64,000 nt of DNA from an uncultured bacterium (GTDB lineage Bacteria; Babelota; Babeliae; Babelales; Vermiphilaceae), in NCBI GenBank assembly GCA_963713925.1, contig OY970212.1, positions 480,001 to 544,000 on the forward strand, in the 5' to 3' direction. A program made the position numbers and the translations under genes. The notes below the pieces were generated by a model, which saw only the letters and a program-made list of their open reading frames with translations, made no database searches and was not told the origin of the DNA. Numbering within the stretch: position 1 is the stretch's first letter; every line of letters starts with the position of its first letter. Below, piece after piece: positions 37,439-51,099 of the stretch.

Positions 37439-38965
37439 ATGAATTTTAAAGATATTGTGGTAACGCTCATGATTGCATTAGCGTTTACTCTGGGGTTTCA
37501 ATACTTCTTTTCGGGTAAAAATACAGATGCTGATGCGAATGCTCGTAAATCAGGTCGTATGTTTAGCGCGGCGCAATCATATCAAGAAGCGCGACCATTG
37601 CAGCTGAATGTTGATTTTCTCCCCGAATCTGATGTTAAAGCCCCAATTATAACAACCATAGAAACAGACCTTGGCATCTATGAATTTTCAAATCATGGTG
37701 CGGCGCTGCAGAGCCTTACATTCAAGGAGCATAAGGCTGAAACGACCCGATTGATGTCTACCATTGATGGATCCAAGGGCGATAAAGAGCAAGCAGCCTT
37801 TTTGCTGGCGCTCGATACACAAACCCCTTACGTCTATCAATTGGCGGGTACCTCAGAAGATGACGAAGGGTATATCGTTTCATATAAAGCAAAAGCTCCA
37901 GCGTGTTTGGTGGAAAAAACCTTTAAAGTGCACAAAAATAATCACCGAGTTGATGTTACAGTTTCCTGCACACCAAAAGCCGGATCTGAAGTAAGGTTGC
38001 GATTACTGTTCCCATCTCCGTATATGCCGACTGTTTCGCAAGATGTTGTTTCAGCTCTCGCAAATGATGAGTCAGGGGTTTTACAAAAAATCGCCCGCAA
38101 AAAGGTTGAAACAAATCGTGGATGGTTTAGCCCAACGCTTTTTGGGTCTGAAAACAAATATTTCATACACAGCTTGATCTCCGATGAGCAAGCCTTTGCG
38201 CAACGAGCTTATTTCAAGCCAGAGTGCGATAACTTAAAAGCTATCTTGGAAACTGAAGATATCAAGCAGCCGACTCGTTTTAACGTCTCGTTCTATCTCG
38301 GGCCTAAGACTGAAGAAGCAATCAACGCGGTTGATACCCGCCTATCCGGGGCATTAGAAAATTCCGGGTGGTTTATAGCGCCGCTTTCTCGATTGATGCT
38401 CAAGATATTAAATCTTATTTACGACTATGTTAAAAATTACGGTTTTGCGATTATTCTCTTGACGCTTTTCCTTCGATTGCTCCTGGTTCCGTTGAGCATG
38501 AGCGGTCAATCCTCACGCAAAAAACAACAAGAGTTTCAACATAAATTGACGTATATTCGTCAACGATATAAAAATGATCCGGAAACTTTGCAGCGTGAAC
38601 AAGCAGAACTGGTGAAAAAATATGGCATGCCAGGGCTTGGAATGTTGGCGATTTTATTGGTACAAATTCCGGTATTTTTTGCAATAAACCGATTGTTATC
38701 GTCATCGGTGCAATTGTATCAAGCGCCATTTTTATGGATTTCCGATTTGTCGGCAACTGATCCCTATTATATTTTGCCTATCATTATTGCACTCTCATTT
38801 CTCGGGCAAGCATTGTATGCTGACAAATCGCAGCGTTTGACAATGGCAACAGTAGGATTGGTATTTGGCGCCTTGTCGACCAACTTTTCTGCCGGAACAG
38901 CGCTCTTTGTGGCGGTTGATGGTATTTTGCGTATGGTTCAGAGTGGATTGCTTGGTGGAATGTAA
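37439..38965 (+). CDS. yidC: Membrane protein insertase YidC
   Basis: N-terminal TM, periplasmic domain (NKYF, YLGPK), NYGFAIILLT, QIPVFFA, LWISDLSATDPYYILP. Confidence 0.93.
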   Translation: MNFKDIVVTLMIALAFTLGFQYFFSGKNTDADANARKSGRMFSAAQSYQEARPLQLNVDFLPESDVKAPIITTIETDLGIYEFSNHGAALQSLTFKEHKAETTRLMSTIDGSKGDKEQAAFLLALDTQTPYVYQLAGTSEDDEGYIVSYKAKAPACLVEKTFKVHKNNHRVDVTVSCTPKAGSEVRLRLLFPSPYMPTVSQDVVSALANDESGVLQKIARKKVETNRGWFSPTLFGSENKYFIHSLISDEQAFAQRAYFKPECDNLKAILETEDIKQPTRFNVSFYLGPKTEEAINAVDTRLSGALENSGWFIAPLSRLMLKILNLIYDYVKNYGFAIILLTLFLRLLLVPLSMSGQSSRKKQQEFQHKLTYIRQRYKNDPETLQREQAELVKKYGMPGLGMLAILLVQIPVFFAINRLLSSSVQLYQAPFLWISDLSATDPYYILPIIIALSFLGQALYADKSQRLTMATVGLVFGALSTNFSAGTALFVAVDGILRMVQSGLLGGM

Positions 38966-38968
38966 GCA

Positions 38969-39577
38969 ATGATAAAAGATGTTCCAAGCTTAGAGTTGTT
39001 GCTTAAAGCGCTTCATCAAGTGCCTTACCTTGCATCAAAAAATATTTATCGCGTTGCGAATTATTTTTTGAATTTGGATCAAGAAAAGCTTGAGCAGTTT
39101 TGCGCGGTGGTATTGCAAGCACATCAACAAGTGATTCCCTGCGCTGTATGTTTCAACTGGAAAGAGCGTGAGCGGGAGTGTAGCTTGTGTTCATCGCCCA
39201 AGCGAGACCATAGCATTGTCTGCGTCGTTGAGACGTGGCAGGAGCTGCTAACAATAGAAAAAACCGGTGGATATAACGGCGTATTTCATGTGCTTGGGGG
39301 CGTTATTTCTCCGCTTGAGGGGGTCGGACCGGAAGATTTACAGATTCAATCGTTAATCGGGCGGGTGTCTGCAAGCGAATCCGGTATTAAAGAAATTATT
39401 CTTGCGATGAACCAAACGCCGGAGGCTGAAGCCACGAGTGCATATATTGCTCGCAAATTAAAAGAGTCGCCAGTGCTTGTTAGTTGTTTGGCGCGTGGTA
39501 TCCCCGTTGGCTCTCATTTGGAAACGATGGATCGATTGACTGTTTACAAAGCGTTATCGGAACGACGACCATTTTAA
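38969..39577 (+). CDS. recR: Recombination mediator RecR
   Basis: CxxC...CxxC zinc finger, CVVE, HVLGGVISPLEGVGPEDL, TOPRIM, LARGIPVG. Confidence 0.93.
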   Translation: MIKDVPSLELLLKALHQVPYLASKNIYRVANYFLNLDQEKLEQFCAVVLQAHQQVIPCAVCFNWKERERECSLCSSPKRDHSIVCVVETWQELLTIEKTGGYNGVFHVLGGVISPLEGVGPEDLQIQSLIGRVSASESGIKEIILAMNQTPEAEATSAYIARKLKESPVLVSCLARGIPVGSHLETMDRLTVYKALSERRPF

Positions 39578-39580
39578 AAT

Positions 39581-39738
39581 CCGTTCGAATGGTTCGATTC
39601 CGCTACGCTACACTCACCACGAACGCAAAAAAAGATTAAAACTCGGGGGCAGGAAAACTTCCCGTTTTAGCCACGCTTCGTTTGCGCTATGCATGAAATT
39701 CACGTTCGTGGTGAGCGATAGTCGAACCATTCGAACGG
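39581..39738. repeat. Family C REP-doublet / MITE-like element
   Basis: Perfect 17-bp inverted ends ccgttcgaatggttcga / tcgaaccattcgaacgg; inner 13-bp IR ctcaccacgaacg / cgttcgtggtgag. Confidence 0.88.
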
Positions 39739-39789
39739 TAAAAGTGAGTAATTCTATCTACAGAATCTAAAAAATTTTCAGGTGAGGTC

Positions 39790-41115
39790 ATGTTTAATAT
39801 TCCTTTATCACTGTTTATAAAACGAAGAAAAGAACTATTTGAGGCCGTTAGCAAGAGCAATAATTGGTCAGAAGGATCAATGATTGTTTTATGCGGGGGA
39901 ATTGAAGTTGATCATGGAAAGTTTGTCCAAGAAAGTTCGTTTTATTATCTGACGGGAATTGTCGAGCCGGGAGTAATCGCCACAATCGAAAGCAGTGGAA
40001 AACAGATTCTGTGGCTTCCGCATGCATCGATTGCGCGTAAAACATGGGTTGAAAGTGCTGTTGATTGTGATGAAAAGACGTGTAAAACGTTTGGCTTCGA
40101 TGAAGTTCGCTATTTGGGTGATGTGAGCACCGGATATACGCTTGGCATGTTTGCCGGTAGAGAAGAGTATGGGAATATTATTGACTACATACAGTCTCAT
40201 ATTCGTGAAAAAAGTTCACTGTTTACTTTGGGTTCTCTTGCATCAACTCATTACCATCAACAGCGGCTGCTTTTACAACAGCTTGTCTCATGGATTCCAA
40301 ACATCAGAGATCGGATTGTAGATAGTGCATCAATAGTGCATGCTATGCGTCGTAAAAAAGATGCCGCAGAAATTCAGCTCATGTATAAAGCGATTGAAAT
40401 CACGACGCTTGCGCATGAGGCGGCATTAAACACAATAGTTCCCGGTGCTACAGAATATGAAGTACAAGCATCACTTGAGTATATTATGACCGGTTCTCAG
40501 GCAACAATAGCGTTTCCTTCTATCGTGGCAACCGGTAAAAATGGGGCAATTTTACACTACACGAGCAATAATGCAACAATCAAAGACGGTGATATGGTCG
40601 TTGTAGATATCGGAGCGCGATACCACTATTATGCGGCCGATCTCACCCGCACATACCCTGCCTCAGGAATCATGACTCAACGTCAGAAAGAGCTGTACAC
40701 TATTGTGCTCGATACACAACAGCTTGTGTTTGAGCATGCAAAGCCTGGCATCTGGTTGTTTAATGAAAAGCAACAAGATATGTCATTGCATCATATTGCA
40801 AAGAATTATCTTACAAAAGCCGGTTATGGCAATTATTTTCCTCATGGTATCGGCCATTTTCTTGGAATTGATGTTCATGACGTTGGCGATCGTACATTGC
40901 CGTTGCAGGAGGGTGATTGCATCACCATTGAGCCGGGCATATACATCAAAGAAGAAAATATTGGCATTCGCATCGAAGATAACTACTGGATCGTTAAAGA
41001 TGGTGCAGTTTGTATGAGCGAAGAGCTTCCAAAATCTATCGAATCAATTGAACAGTATATGCAATATGATCGTCCCGAATATAAGGACGAATCTGCAGAG
41101 CAAGAGTATCACTAA
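39790..41115 (+). CDS. pepP: Xaa-Pro aminopeptidase (M24B)
   Basis: QESSFYYLTG, LHY, DIGARY..YAADLTRT, HGIGHFLGIDVHD, TIEPGIY, GIRIED. Confidence 0.93.
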   Translation: MFNIPLSLFIKRRKELFEAVSKSNNWSEGSMIVLCGGIEVDHGKFVQESSFYYLTGIVEPGVIATIESSGKQILWLPHASIARKTWVESAVDCDEKTCKTFGFDEVRYLGDVSTGYTLGMFAGREEYGNIIDYIQSHIREKSSLFTLGSLASTHYHQQRLLLQQLVSWIPNIRDRIVDSASIVHAMRRKKDAAEIQLMYKAIEITTLAHEAALNTIVPGATEYEVQASLEYIMTGSQATIAFPSIVATGKNGAILHYTSNNATIKDGDMVVVDIGARYHYYAADLTRTYPASGIMTQRQKELYTIVLDTQQLVFEHAKPGIWLFNEKQQDMSLHHIAKNYLTKAGYGNYFPHGIGHFLGIDVHDVGDRTLPLQEGDCITIEPGIYIKEENIGIRIEDNYWIVKDGAVCMSEELPKSIESIEQYMQYDRPEYKDESAEQEYH

Positions 41116-41133
41116 AAAGTAACGATATTTGGT

Positions 41134-41481
41134 CTATTCTTTTTTCACATCAGGAAGAGACACCGCAATTTTTGGAACAGCGATAATTAGTCCGAGGCCT
41201 GACGCGGAAATAAGTACGCCTGCGGTAGAAGCAACGGCATTCACTACAATTTGAGAGCTGTTTTGTTGCCCGTTATTATTGTTCATGGCACTTCTGACTG
41301 CAAGTAATAATACTCCTAGTCCGGCCATTACAAAGCTAAGGCCGCTGGTATAGAGCGCCGTTTGTTGTGTTACAGAATATTGCAGATTGATGTTGTTATT
41401 GGTTTTTATTCCGCCGGCGTGAACGTTACATGTCGAAATAAGCATCGAAATTAAGAGAGTAACATGGAGGGTATGTTTCAT
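41134..41481 (-). CDS. Small membrane protein with signal peptide
   Basis: ...CNVHA leader plus two hydrophobic helices; 4-nt overlap with the upstream transporter stop. Confidence 0.7.
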   Translation of the reverse strand: MKHTLHVTLLISMLISTCNVHAGGIKTNNNINLQYSVTQQTALYTSGLSFVMAGLGVLLLAVRSAMNNNNGQQNSSQIVVNAVASTAGVLISASGLGLIIAVPKIAVSLPDVKKE

Positions 41482-43082
41482 AAGATCCCTTTCTTTTCTT
41501 TATAACGATAGTTTAGTAGAAATACTATCAATAAGTTCACCACTAATCCAATCATTGCAGAAATTCCATATGAAACCATTGGACTCATTCGTGAATACGT
41601 AACTCCAATCGTTATGAATCCGACGAGTGTGCCGATAATAACTGGAATAGCATAAAACAGTTGTGTGATGGCATGGTCCAATGGATATGCGCCGGAGCTG
41701 GTTGATGCCATAATGGTGGTTTCTGAGAGTGGAGAGATATGATCACCGCACACTGATCCTGAAAATATTGCGCCTAAGATAGCAAGCAAAATTGCGCTAT
41801 CCTGGGGAGAACCATTGAGGTTAAAAGAATTCAGTGATGACAAAAGCTGCATGGTGCTCGGTAACATAATGGCGATAGTCCCCCATGATGAACCGGTCAT
41901 TGTTGAGATAATCGTGGAAATGATAAAAAATAATGCCGGCAATGTCCATGGCACTAGAACAGTTCCCAGTGATTGCGCGACGACAGTTCCTATTTGAAGA
42001 TCAAGCTTTAAAAGAGCGCCCAAGGTTGATGCAAGAATGACCATGATAATAGCTCCTTGCATGAGCGAGACCCCCTGCCTGATAATGGCACTTATGTCAG
42101 ATGTTTGAATTGTTTTTCGCATGATTGCAAAGATAAACGTGCCGATCACTGTTATCGCAGATGCAAGGCACAGAGCAAAGAAGGTATTGGTATTGTTTTT
42201 GAGTGCCATCAAAAGGCTGTTATGCCCCCCAAATAAACTAAAATCACCAACCCATAAGATCGAACTAAAAACTAAGAGCACGAGAAATCCGAGCGGAAGT
42301 ATCAAGTCCCAATAGGTGGCGTGAGGATGTTCTTCGGGATGAAATTTTTGTATCAATGGCGTTTTTCCACCAAAAAGGTTGTGTGTTTCTCGAGCTATTT
42401 TTTCTTGGGTGCCCATAGGGCCATATGAAATGCGATAACGAACAATCACCCAGGCGGTAATAACGGTCAAGAGTGAGTAGAAGATATAGGGGATGGTATT
42501 AAGAAAGGTAAAGTAGGGGTCTGCGACGATACGAGCGAATGGATCGGTAGTGCTGATTCCGGACGATTCGATTTGACTGGTCAACATAGCTACCCAGCTT
42601 GAAACAGGGGCCATAATCACCAAGGGTCCGCTCAGTGAGTGGACTAAATAGGCGAGTTTTGCGCGTGGTATGTGCCATGCGTCTGTGAGCGGCCGCATAA
42701 TATATCCCACCGTCAAGGTGCTCAGATAGTCATCAAGAAAGAGGCCGGTTGAAAGAATAAGCGATGAGGTTTCAACCGAACGTTTTGATCGTAAATGGTG
42801 GGTGATCGCCTTGCCAAACGCATAAGCGCCGCCAGCCTTTGAAATAAGTACGATAAAGGTGCCAATAAGTAAAAGAAAGCCATACAGATAGAGGTAATCA
42901 GGGTCAGTTATTTGAGCAAGAAGGCGCTTTAAAGCAAGAAGAGCGGATGCTTGTATGTTGCCGTGCGACGCAATAAGGGCACCGGAAAGAATACCCAAGG
43001 CAAGCGAAAGGTTGAGTCGCTGAAAAATAAAGGCACTCAAAAGTACGATGAGTGGGGGCAGAAGAATAAACCAGGTTTGCAT
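41478..43082 (-). CDS. Na+/H+ antiporter NhaC-family transporter
   Basis: FLDDYLSTLTVG, KLAYLVHS, TGSSWGT, GDHISPLSETTIMAS; many TM helices. Confidence 0.88.
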   Translation of the reverse strand: MQTWFILLPPLIVLLSAFIFQRLNLSLALGILSGALIASHGNIQASALLALKRLLAQITDPDYLYLYGFLLLIGTFIVLISKAGGAYAFGKAITHHLRSKRSVETSSLILSTGLFLDDYLSTLTVGYIMRPLTDAWHIPRAKLAYLVHSLSGPLVIMAPVSSWVAMLTSQIESSGISTTDPFARIVADPYFTFLNTIPYIFYSLLTVITAWVIVRYRISYGPMGTQEKIARETHNLFGGKTPLIQKFHPEEHPHATYWDLILPLGFLVLLVFSSILWVGDFSLFGGHNSLLMALKNNTNTFFALCLASAITVIGTFIFAIMRKTIQTSDISAIIRQGVSLMQGAIIMVILASTLGALLKLDLQIGTVVAQSLGTVLVPWTLPALFFIISTIISTMTGSSWGTIAIMLPSTMQLLSSLNSFNLNGSPQDSAILLAILGAIFSGSVCGDHISPLSETTIMASTSSGAYPLDHAITQLFYAIPVIIGTLVGFITIGVTYSRMSPMVSYGISAMIGLVVNLLIVFLLNYRYKEKKGIL

Positions 43083-43153
43083 GAAGACCCTATTATGATT
43101 GAGGTTAAGAGCTTATAAAAAGCTTATACAAGCTCTTATTCTACTATTTTCAT

Positions 43154-43182
43154 TTGACCAATAGAATCTTTTTGTTTAAATT
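43154..43182 (+). promoter_or_regulatory. Sigma70-type promoter for rplM
   Basis: TTGACC-N17-TAAATT. Confidence 0.6.
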
Positions 43183-43242
43183 TAAAATGTTCCGTTCGTC
43201 TTTCCCATATTTTAGTAGATAAATGATTTTAAAGGTTTCTCC

Positions 43243-43674
43243 ATGGACATGAACAAAATTTTTCTTTTAAAAAAAGAGCAAGCTAAGCCTCAATGGCATG
43301 TTGTAGATGCTGAAGGTAAGGTGCTTGGTCGATTGGCAACTGAGATTGCTGACAAGTTGCGCGGCAAAGATAAGCCATACTTCACCCCTCACACCGATTC
43401 AGGTGACTACGTTGTCGTTATTAATGCCGACAAGGTTATGTTGACCGGAAACAAGTGGGAAGGCAAAATTTATGACTGGCATACCGGCTGGATGGGCGGG
43501 TATAAAACAACCTCAGCAAAAGATCTTATGGCAAAGCATCCAACTGAAATAGTCTTCTTGGCTGTACGCGGAATGCTTCCAAAGAATAAGCTCAACAGAC
43601 AAATTATTAAGAAATTGAAGGTGTATGCCGGTAACGAGCATCCACACAAAGCGCAAGTTGTTGAAGTTGCGTAA
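43243..43674 (+). CDS. rplM: 50S ribosomal protein L13
   Basis: WHVVDAEGKVLGRLAT, GDYVVVINADK, AVRGMLPKN, HPHKAQ. Confidence 0.98.
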   Translation: MDMNKIFLLKKEQAKPQWHVVDAEGKVLGRLATEIADKLRGKDKPYFTPHTDSGDYVVVINADKVMLTGNKWEGKIYDWHTGWMGGYKTTSAKDLMAKHPTEIVFLAVRGMLPKNKLNRQIIKKLKVYAGNEHPHKAQVVEVA

Positions 43675-43685
43675 CAAAGTAACAA

Positions 43686-43724
43686 AATAAAAATGGGTCG
43701 CTCACTGAGCGACCCATTTTTATT
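43686..43724. terminator. Bidirectional terminator between convergent rplM and rseP
   Basis: Perfect 19-bp IR aataaaaatgggtcgctca-c-tgagcgacccatttttatt. Confidence 0.85.
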
Positions 43725-43741
43725 ATCAAGGACAGAAAGCT

Positions 43742-44929
43742 TTAGCTTTTGCCTAAAAAGCTCATCACAATGCGATAAATATCGTGATAGCTCAAATAGA
43801 GAGCCAAGGCAATAAAGCTGACCCAGGTTCCTATAAATATGATCTCACGAACTCTATCAGGGAGAGATCTTCCGATAACGGCTTCAATGCCGTAGAGTAA
43901 GATTTGACCGCCATCGAGAATGGGGAGTGGGATCAGGTTTAAAATGGCAAGGTTAATGCTGATAAACGCAAGCAGTAATAAGAAGCTTTTAACCCCCTGA
44001 TTTGCCCCTTTTCCCGTTTCGGAAATGACAGAAATGGGCCCTTGCAATCCTTTAACACTGGCGGTGGTAATAAGCTGTTTAAATGCTTTGAAGGTTATGT
44101 AAATAATGCGATTGGTGAACGCAAAGCCGTTTTTGATTGCTCCAATCAAACCGGCAGATTTTTGAGCTTCTTGCTTTAAGATGCCATACAATGTCCCGGT
44201 TTTTTGTTCGGCTCGTTCAGGAATCGTTATGTTAATGATTGGAATGCGAAAAGCGTCTCGTTTTGGGGTTGTTACTATTGAAGGAATTGTAACAGTCAGG
44301 TTCATAACTTTCCCATCACGTTCAATCGAGAGGGCTACCTGTTTATCAGGAGAGCTTTCAATCTTTTGTAATAGTTCGTATCCATTAGTACCAACGCTTG
44401 TCCCATCAAAAGTGATTATTTTGTCGCCCGGCTTCAAGATATTTGAGAGCGGTTTATCAGGAGCAAGTTCTGCGATAGCCGTGGATGCGTTATAGGGGTA
44501 TCCATACCTGCTTTCAGGCAGACCAAGCCCAAAAACAAAAGAAATGGCTGCATATGCAAACATGAGGTTAAAAAGGATACCGCCGAGCATGATAAGGAAT
44601 TTTTGATAAAAAGGCTTTGAGGAGAAGAGTTCATGGTCTGACTCTTTTTGGACATCATCTGTCCCTGCCATTTGTACGTATCCTCCAAGAGGAATTGCTC
44701 TGAGGGTAAAATGGGTATCGCCTATCTTTTTATCTACCAGCAGAGGGCCAAATCCAATAGAGAAAACGGGCGTTTTTACTCCAAAAAATTTTGCAAAGAG
44801 AAAATGCCCCAGCTCATGAAAGCCGATGAGAAACCCGATGCCAAAAATTCCGGCAAAAAGGCCAAAGGCTCCGGTGAAAGTCGCCAGCATTCTGCCGGGC
44901 AAAAAAGAAAAAAGATGGGACAACGTCAT
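43742..44929 (-). CDS. rseP: Site-2 metalloprotease RseP (M50, PDZ)
   Basis: HELGH, FSIGFGP, IPLGGYV, NLIPLPILDGG. Confidence 0.93.
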   Translation of the reverse strand: MTLSHLFSFLPGRMLATFTGAFGLFAGIFGIGFLIGFHELGHFLFAKFFGVKTPVFSIGFGPLLVDKKIGDTHFTLRAIPLGGYVQMAGTDDVQKESDHELFSSKPFYQKFLIMLGGILFNLMFAYAAISFVFGLGLPESRYGYPYNASTAIAELAPDKPLSNILKPGDKIITFDGTSVGTNGYELLQKIESSPDKQVALSIERDGKVMNLTVTIPSIVTTPKRDAFRIPIINITIPERAEQKTGTLYGILKQEAQKSAGLIGAIKNGFAFTNRIIYITFKAFKQLITTASVKGLQGPISVISETGKGANQGVKSFLLLLAFISINLAILNLIPLPILDGGQILLYGIEAVIGRSLPDRVREIIFIGTWVSFIALALYLSYHDIYRIVMSFLGKS

Positions 44930-45171
44930 AAATACTCCTTATACTGATAAAAAACCTATTAGAGATTTTAACAACAAACTAATCATTCAATTTCATTACG
45001 GGAAACATCAAACCCTTTAAGCAGAGCCTAAGGTGTTAGATCTATAATAAATGTATACTAACCTTATCATTCGAGTAATCTTTAGTCTATGGAATGCATG
45101 AATCTGAGGGCAATGTCATTAAGGGCAATCGGACCAAAGCCTGGAAATATCCTTAGGAATAGCGTTTTATC

Positions 45172-45199
45172 TTGAAAAAATTATCAAAAAGGTTAAAAT
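45172..45199 (+). promoter_or_regulatory. Sigma70-type promoter for the str operon
   Basis: TTGAAA-N16-TAAAAT. Confidence 0.45.
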
Positions 45200-45306
45200 A
45201 CAACTAACCCTTTTCATAAAGAGTCATAAAAATTGGTGGTTTGCCCAGCCGGATGTGCGGTTTGCAAATATTTTGTCACACTTTTAAATTTTAGGAACGT
45301 TTTTTT

Positions 45307-45681
45307 ATGCCCACGATAAATCAACTCTGTCGCTCAGGAAGACGACACGGAAAAGATAAGTCTAAGAGCCCTGCTTTAAAAGGTGCTCCTCAGGCGCGCG
45401 GTGTTTGCACTCGTGTTTTCACTCAAACACCAAAAAAACCGAACTCAGCATTACGAAAAGTTGCCCGTGTGAAGCTATCAACAGGGATTGAAGTAACAGC
45501 ATATATTCCTGGAGAAGGACATAACCTTCAAGAGCACTCTGTTGTGTTAGTGCGTGGTGGTCGTGTTCCCGATTTACCAGGTGTTAAATATCATATTGTT
45601 CGTGGAACGTTAGACTCTGCCGGAGTTGAAAAGCGTCGTCAAGCGCGATCTCATTATGGTGCAAAGCGTCCTAAAAAATAG
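45307..45681 (+). CDS. rpsL: 30S ribosomal protein S12
   Basis: [27 protein letters not shown]. Confidence 0.99.
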   Translation: MPTINQLCRSGRRHGKDKSKSPALKGAPQARGVCTRVFTQTPKKPNSALRKVARVKLSTGIEVTAYIPGEGHNLQEHSVVLVRGGRVPDLPGVKYHIVRGTLDSAGVEKRRQARSHYGAKRPKK

Positions 45682-45700
45682 GGTTTAAAGGATAAAAAAT

Positions 45701-46183
45701 ATGCCTAGACGTAAAAAAGAACTCGCTAAACGAGTCATTGGTGTTGATCCAGTATATGGCTCAGAGTTGATTCAAAAATTTATCAACATTGTTATGTGGC
45801 GCGGCAAAAAAAATACCGCCCGTCGCATTGTGTATGATGCGCTTGATGTTTTGGTGAAAAGAAACCAGGGCGATCAAGAAAAAGCACTTGCTCAGTTTGA
45901 TCGTGCTTTTGAAAAAGTAATTCCTCTCATTGAGGTTAAACCGCGTAGAGTTGGGGGCAGTGTCTACCAAATTCCTACTGAAGTGAATCATGATCGCGCG
46001 CGTGCATTGGCAATCCGTTGGATTATTAGTGCGGCCGAAGAGCGTTCGGATAAAACAATGGGTCTGAGGCTTGCTGCAGAGATTCATGAAGCCGCAGATG
46101 GACGTGGTGGAGCTGTTAAGAAAAGATCTGATGTTCATAAGATGGCTGAGTCAAACAGAGCCTTCTCTCACTTTGCTTGGTAA
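45701..46183 (+). CDS. rpsG: 30S ribosomal protein S7
   Basis: RRVGGSVYQIP, HKMAESNRAFSHF. Confidence 0.98.
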   Translation: MPRRKKELAKRVIGVDPVYGSELIQKFINIVMWRGKKNTARRIVYDALDVLVKRNQGDQEKALAQFDRAFEKVIPLIEVKPRRVGGSVYQIPTEVNHDRARALAIRWIISAAEERSDKTMGLRLAAEIHEAADGRGGAVKKRSDVHKMAESNRAFSHFAW

Positions 46184-46198
46184 TGGTAGGGGCCTGTA

Positions 46199-48262
<2,064 letters not shown>

Positions 48263-48294
48263 ATATATATTGTTTTAGTTCGGGAGAATTTGTC

Positions 48295-49485
<1,191 letters not shown>

Positions 49486-49493
49486 GGTTTTTG

Positions 49494-49799
49494 ATGAAGA
49501 AACAAAAGATTCGTTTGACATTACGTTCATACGATCATCAGTTACTCGACAAAGCAGTCAAGCAAATTGTTTCTACGGTAAAAAGAACAGGCTCCCAGAT
49601 TATGGGGCCTGTTCCAATGCCAAACAAAAGACGGTGTTTCACCGTTTTGCGATCTCCTCATATCGACAAGAAATCGCGTGAGCAGTTTGAATTAACAACT
49701 CATAGTCGAATAATGGACATTATTTCACCATCGGATCAAACGATGGACGCTTTGATGAAGCTCAGTATATCATCAGGCGTAGATGTAGAGATTAATTAG
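49494..49799 (+). CDS. rpsJ: 30S ribosomal protein S10
   Basis: [14 protein letters not shown]. Confidence 0.98.
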   Translation: MKKQKIRLTLRSYDHQLLDKAVKQIVSTVKRTGSQIMGPVPMPNKRRCFTVLRSPHIDKKSREQFELTTHSRIMDIISPSDQTMDALMKLSISSGVDVEIN

Positions 49800-49814
49800 T
49801 AGAAAGGTCATTCA

Positions 49815-50432
49815 ATGATATCAGGTTTATGGGGTAAAAAAATAGGAATGACCCAGGTCTTTGCTAAAGAAAAAGCAATTCCTGTTACTGTTATTGATGT
49901 TTCTGGCTGGTTCATTACTCAGGTAAAAACTGAGGCAAATGACGGGTATGTTGCAGTGCAAATTGCGCAACCTCGAGACAGATTCAGAAAAGAGAATTTC
50001 TCTTCAGAATGGTTGAAAGATGCTAAAAAGTATTTTCAATTCGTTCGTGAAGTGAAACTTAAAGGCGGTGAACACGAATTCGTGGTCGGACAGCCAGCTG
50101 TTTTCCATTCTGCTTTGACAGAAGGTGGACGAGTCAATGTTGTGGGCGTTTCTAAAGGCCATGGCTTTCAAGGAACGGTAAAACGACATGGGTTTACTGG
50201 TGGGCGTGCGAGCCACGGCTCTAAAATTGGTAGAAGACCGGGATCATTAAGCTTCATGAGATCTCAAGGACGCGTTATCAAGGGTAAGCGTCTTCCGGGA
50301 CACATGGGCGGCGTAAGACATATGATTCGTCACTTAGAATTGGTTAAAGTACATGCTGACAATAACCTTCTGCTGATCAAAGGGTCAGTGCCAGGTAAGT
50401 CAGGTTCTTTAGTCTATGTTCAACAAGCGTAG
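49815..50432 (+). CDS. rplC: 50S ribosomal protein L3
   Basis: [24 protein letters not shown]. Confidence 0.98.
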   Translation: MISGLWGKKIGMTQVFAKEKAIPVTVIDVSGWFITQVKTEANDGYVAVQIAQPRDRFRKENFSSEWLKDAKKYFQFVREVKLKGGEHEFVVGQPAVFHSALTEGGRVNVVGVSKGHGFQGTVKRHGFTGGRASHGSKIGRRPGSLSFMRSQGRVIKGKRLPGHMGGVRHMIRHLELVKVHADNNLLLIKGSVPGKSGSLVYVQQA

Positions 50433-50439
50433 GTTTGAA

Positions 50440-51099
50440 ATGGCAAAACAAGCAATAAAAAACTCTAATCAAGCAGTGCCTGATATCGTGCATCACGTAT
50501 CCGCTTCTCAGCTCGACTTAGATTTATCACAAATCAAAAAACAAACGCATGTAGGTTTCGCAACTTATGTTCGTTCATTGTTACAAAATTGGCGTCAAGG
50601 AACCGTGGCTGTAAAAGGCCGTGCTGATGTTTCTTTCTCGAACAAGAAACCTTGGAAGCAAAAAGGAACAGGGCGCGCTCGTGCTGGATCTCCTCGTTCT
50701 CCATTATGGAGAAAAGGTGGTGTTACCTTTGGTCCACAACCACGCGTGAGAACATTGACCCTCAATAAGCAAGTAAAACAACAGGTAATGCTTGAACTTC
50801 TTGCTTCATATATCAATTCTCAGCGTGTTATTCAGTTAGATTGGAATTTGAATTCAGAAGTTCCAAAAACTGCATTGGCATTCAAGGCATTAAGAGATGC
50901 TGGACTTGCAAATCGCGCCGTAAATATCTTTTTACCGGTAGATGATGCTATGAGCTTTGCTTCATTTGCAAATATACCGAATGTAAGAATACTTTTCTTT
51001 GATCAACCAAATGCGTTTGATTTAGCTCAGGGCGATCAGTGGGTGTTCTTGAAAAAAGATTTTGATCATTTTAAAAATATGGTGTCACGATGGATCTAA
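50440..51099 (+). CDS. rplD: 50S ribosomal protein L4
   Basis: [26 protein letters not shown]. Confidence 0.97.
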   Translation: MAKQAIKNSNQAVPDIVHHVSASQLDLDLSQIKKQTHVGFATYVRSLLQNWRQGTVAVKGRADVSFSNKKPWKQKGTGRARAGSPRSPLWRKGGVTFGPQPRVRTLTLNKQVKQQVMLELLASYINSQRVIQLDWNLNSEVPKTALAFKALRDAGLANRAVNIFLPVDDAMSFASFANIPNVRILFFDQPNAFDLAQGDQWVFLKKDFDHFKNMVSRWI

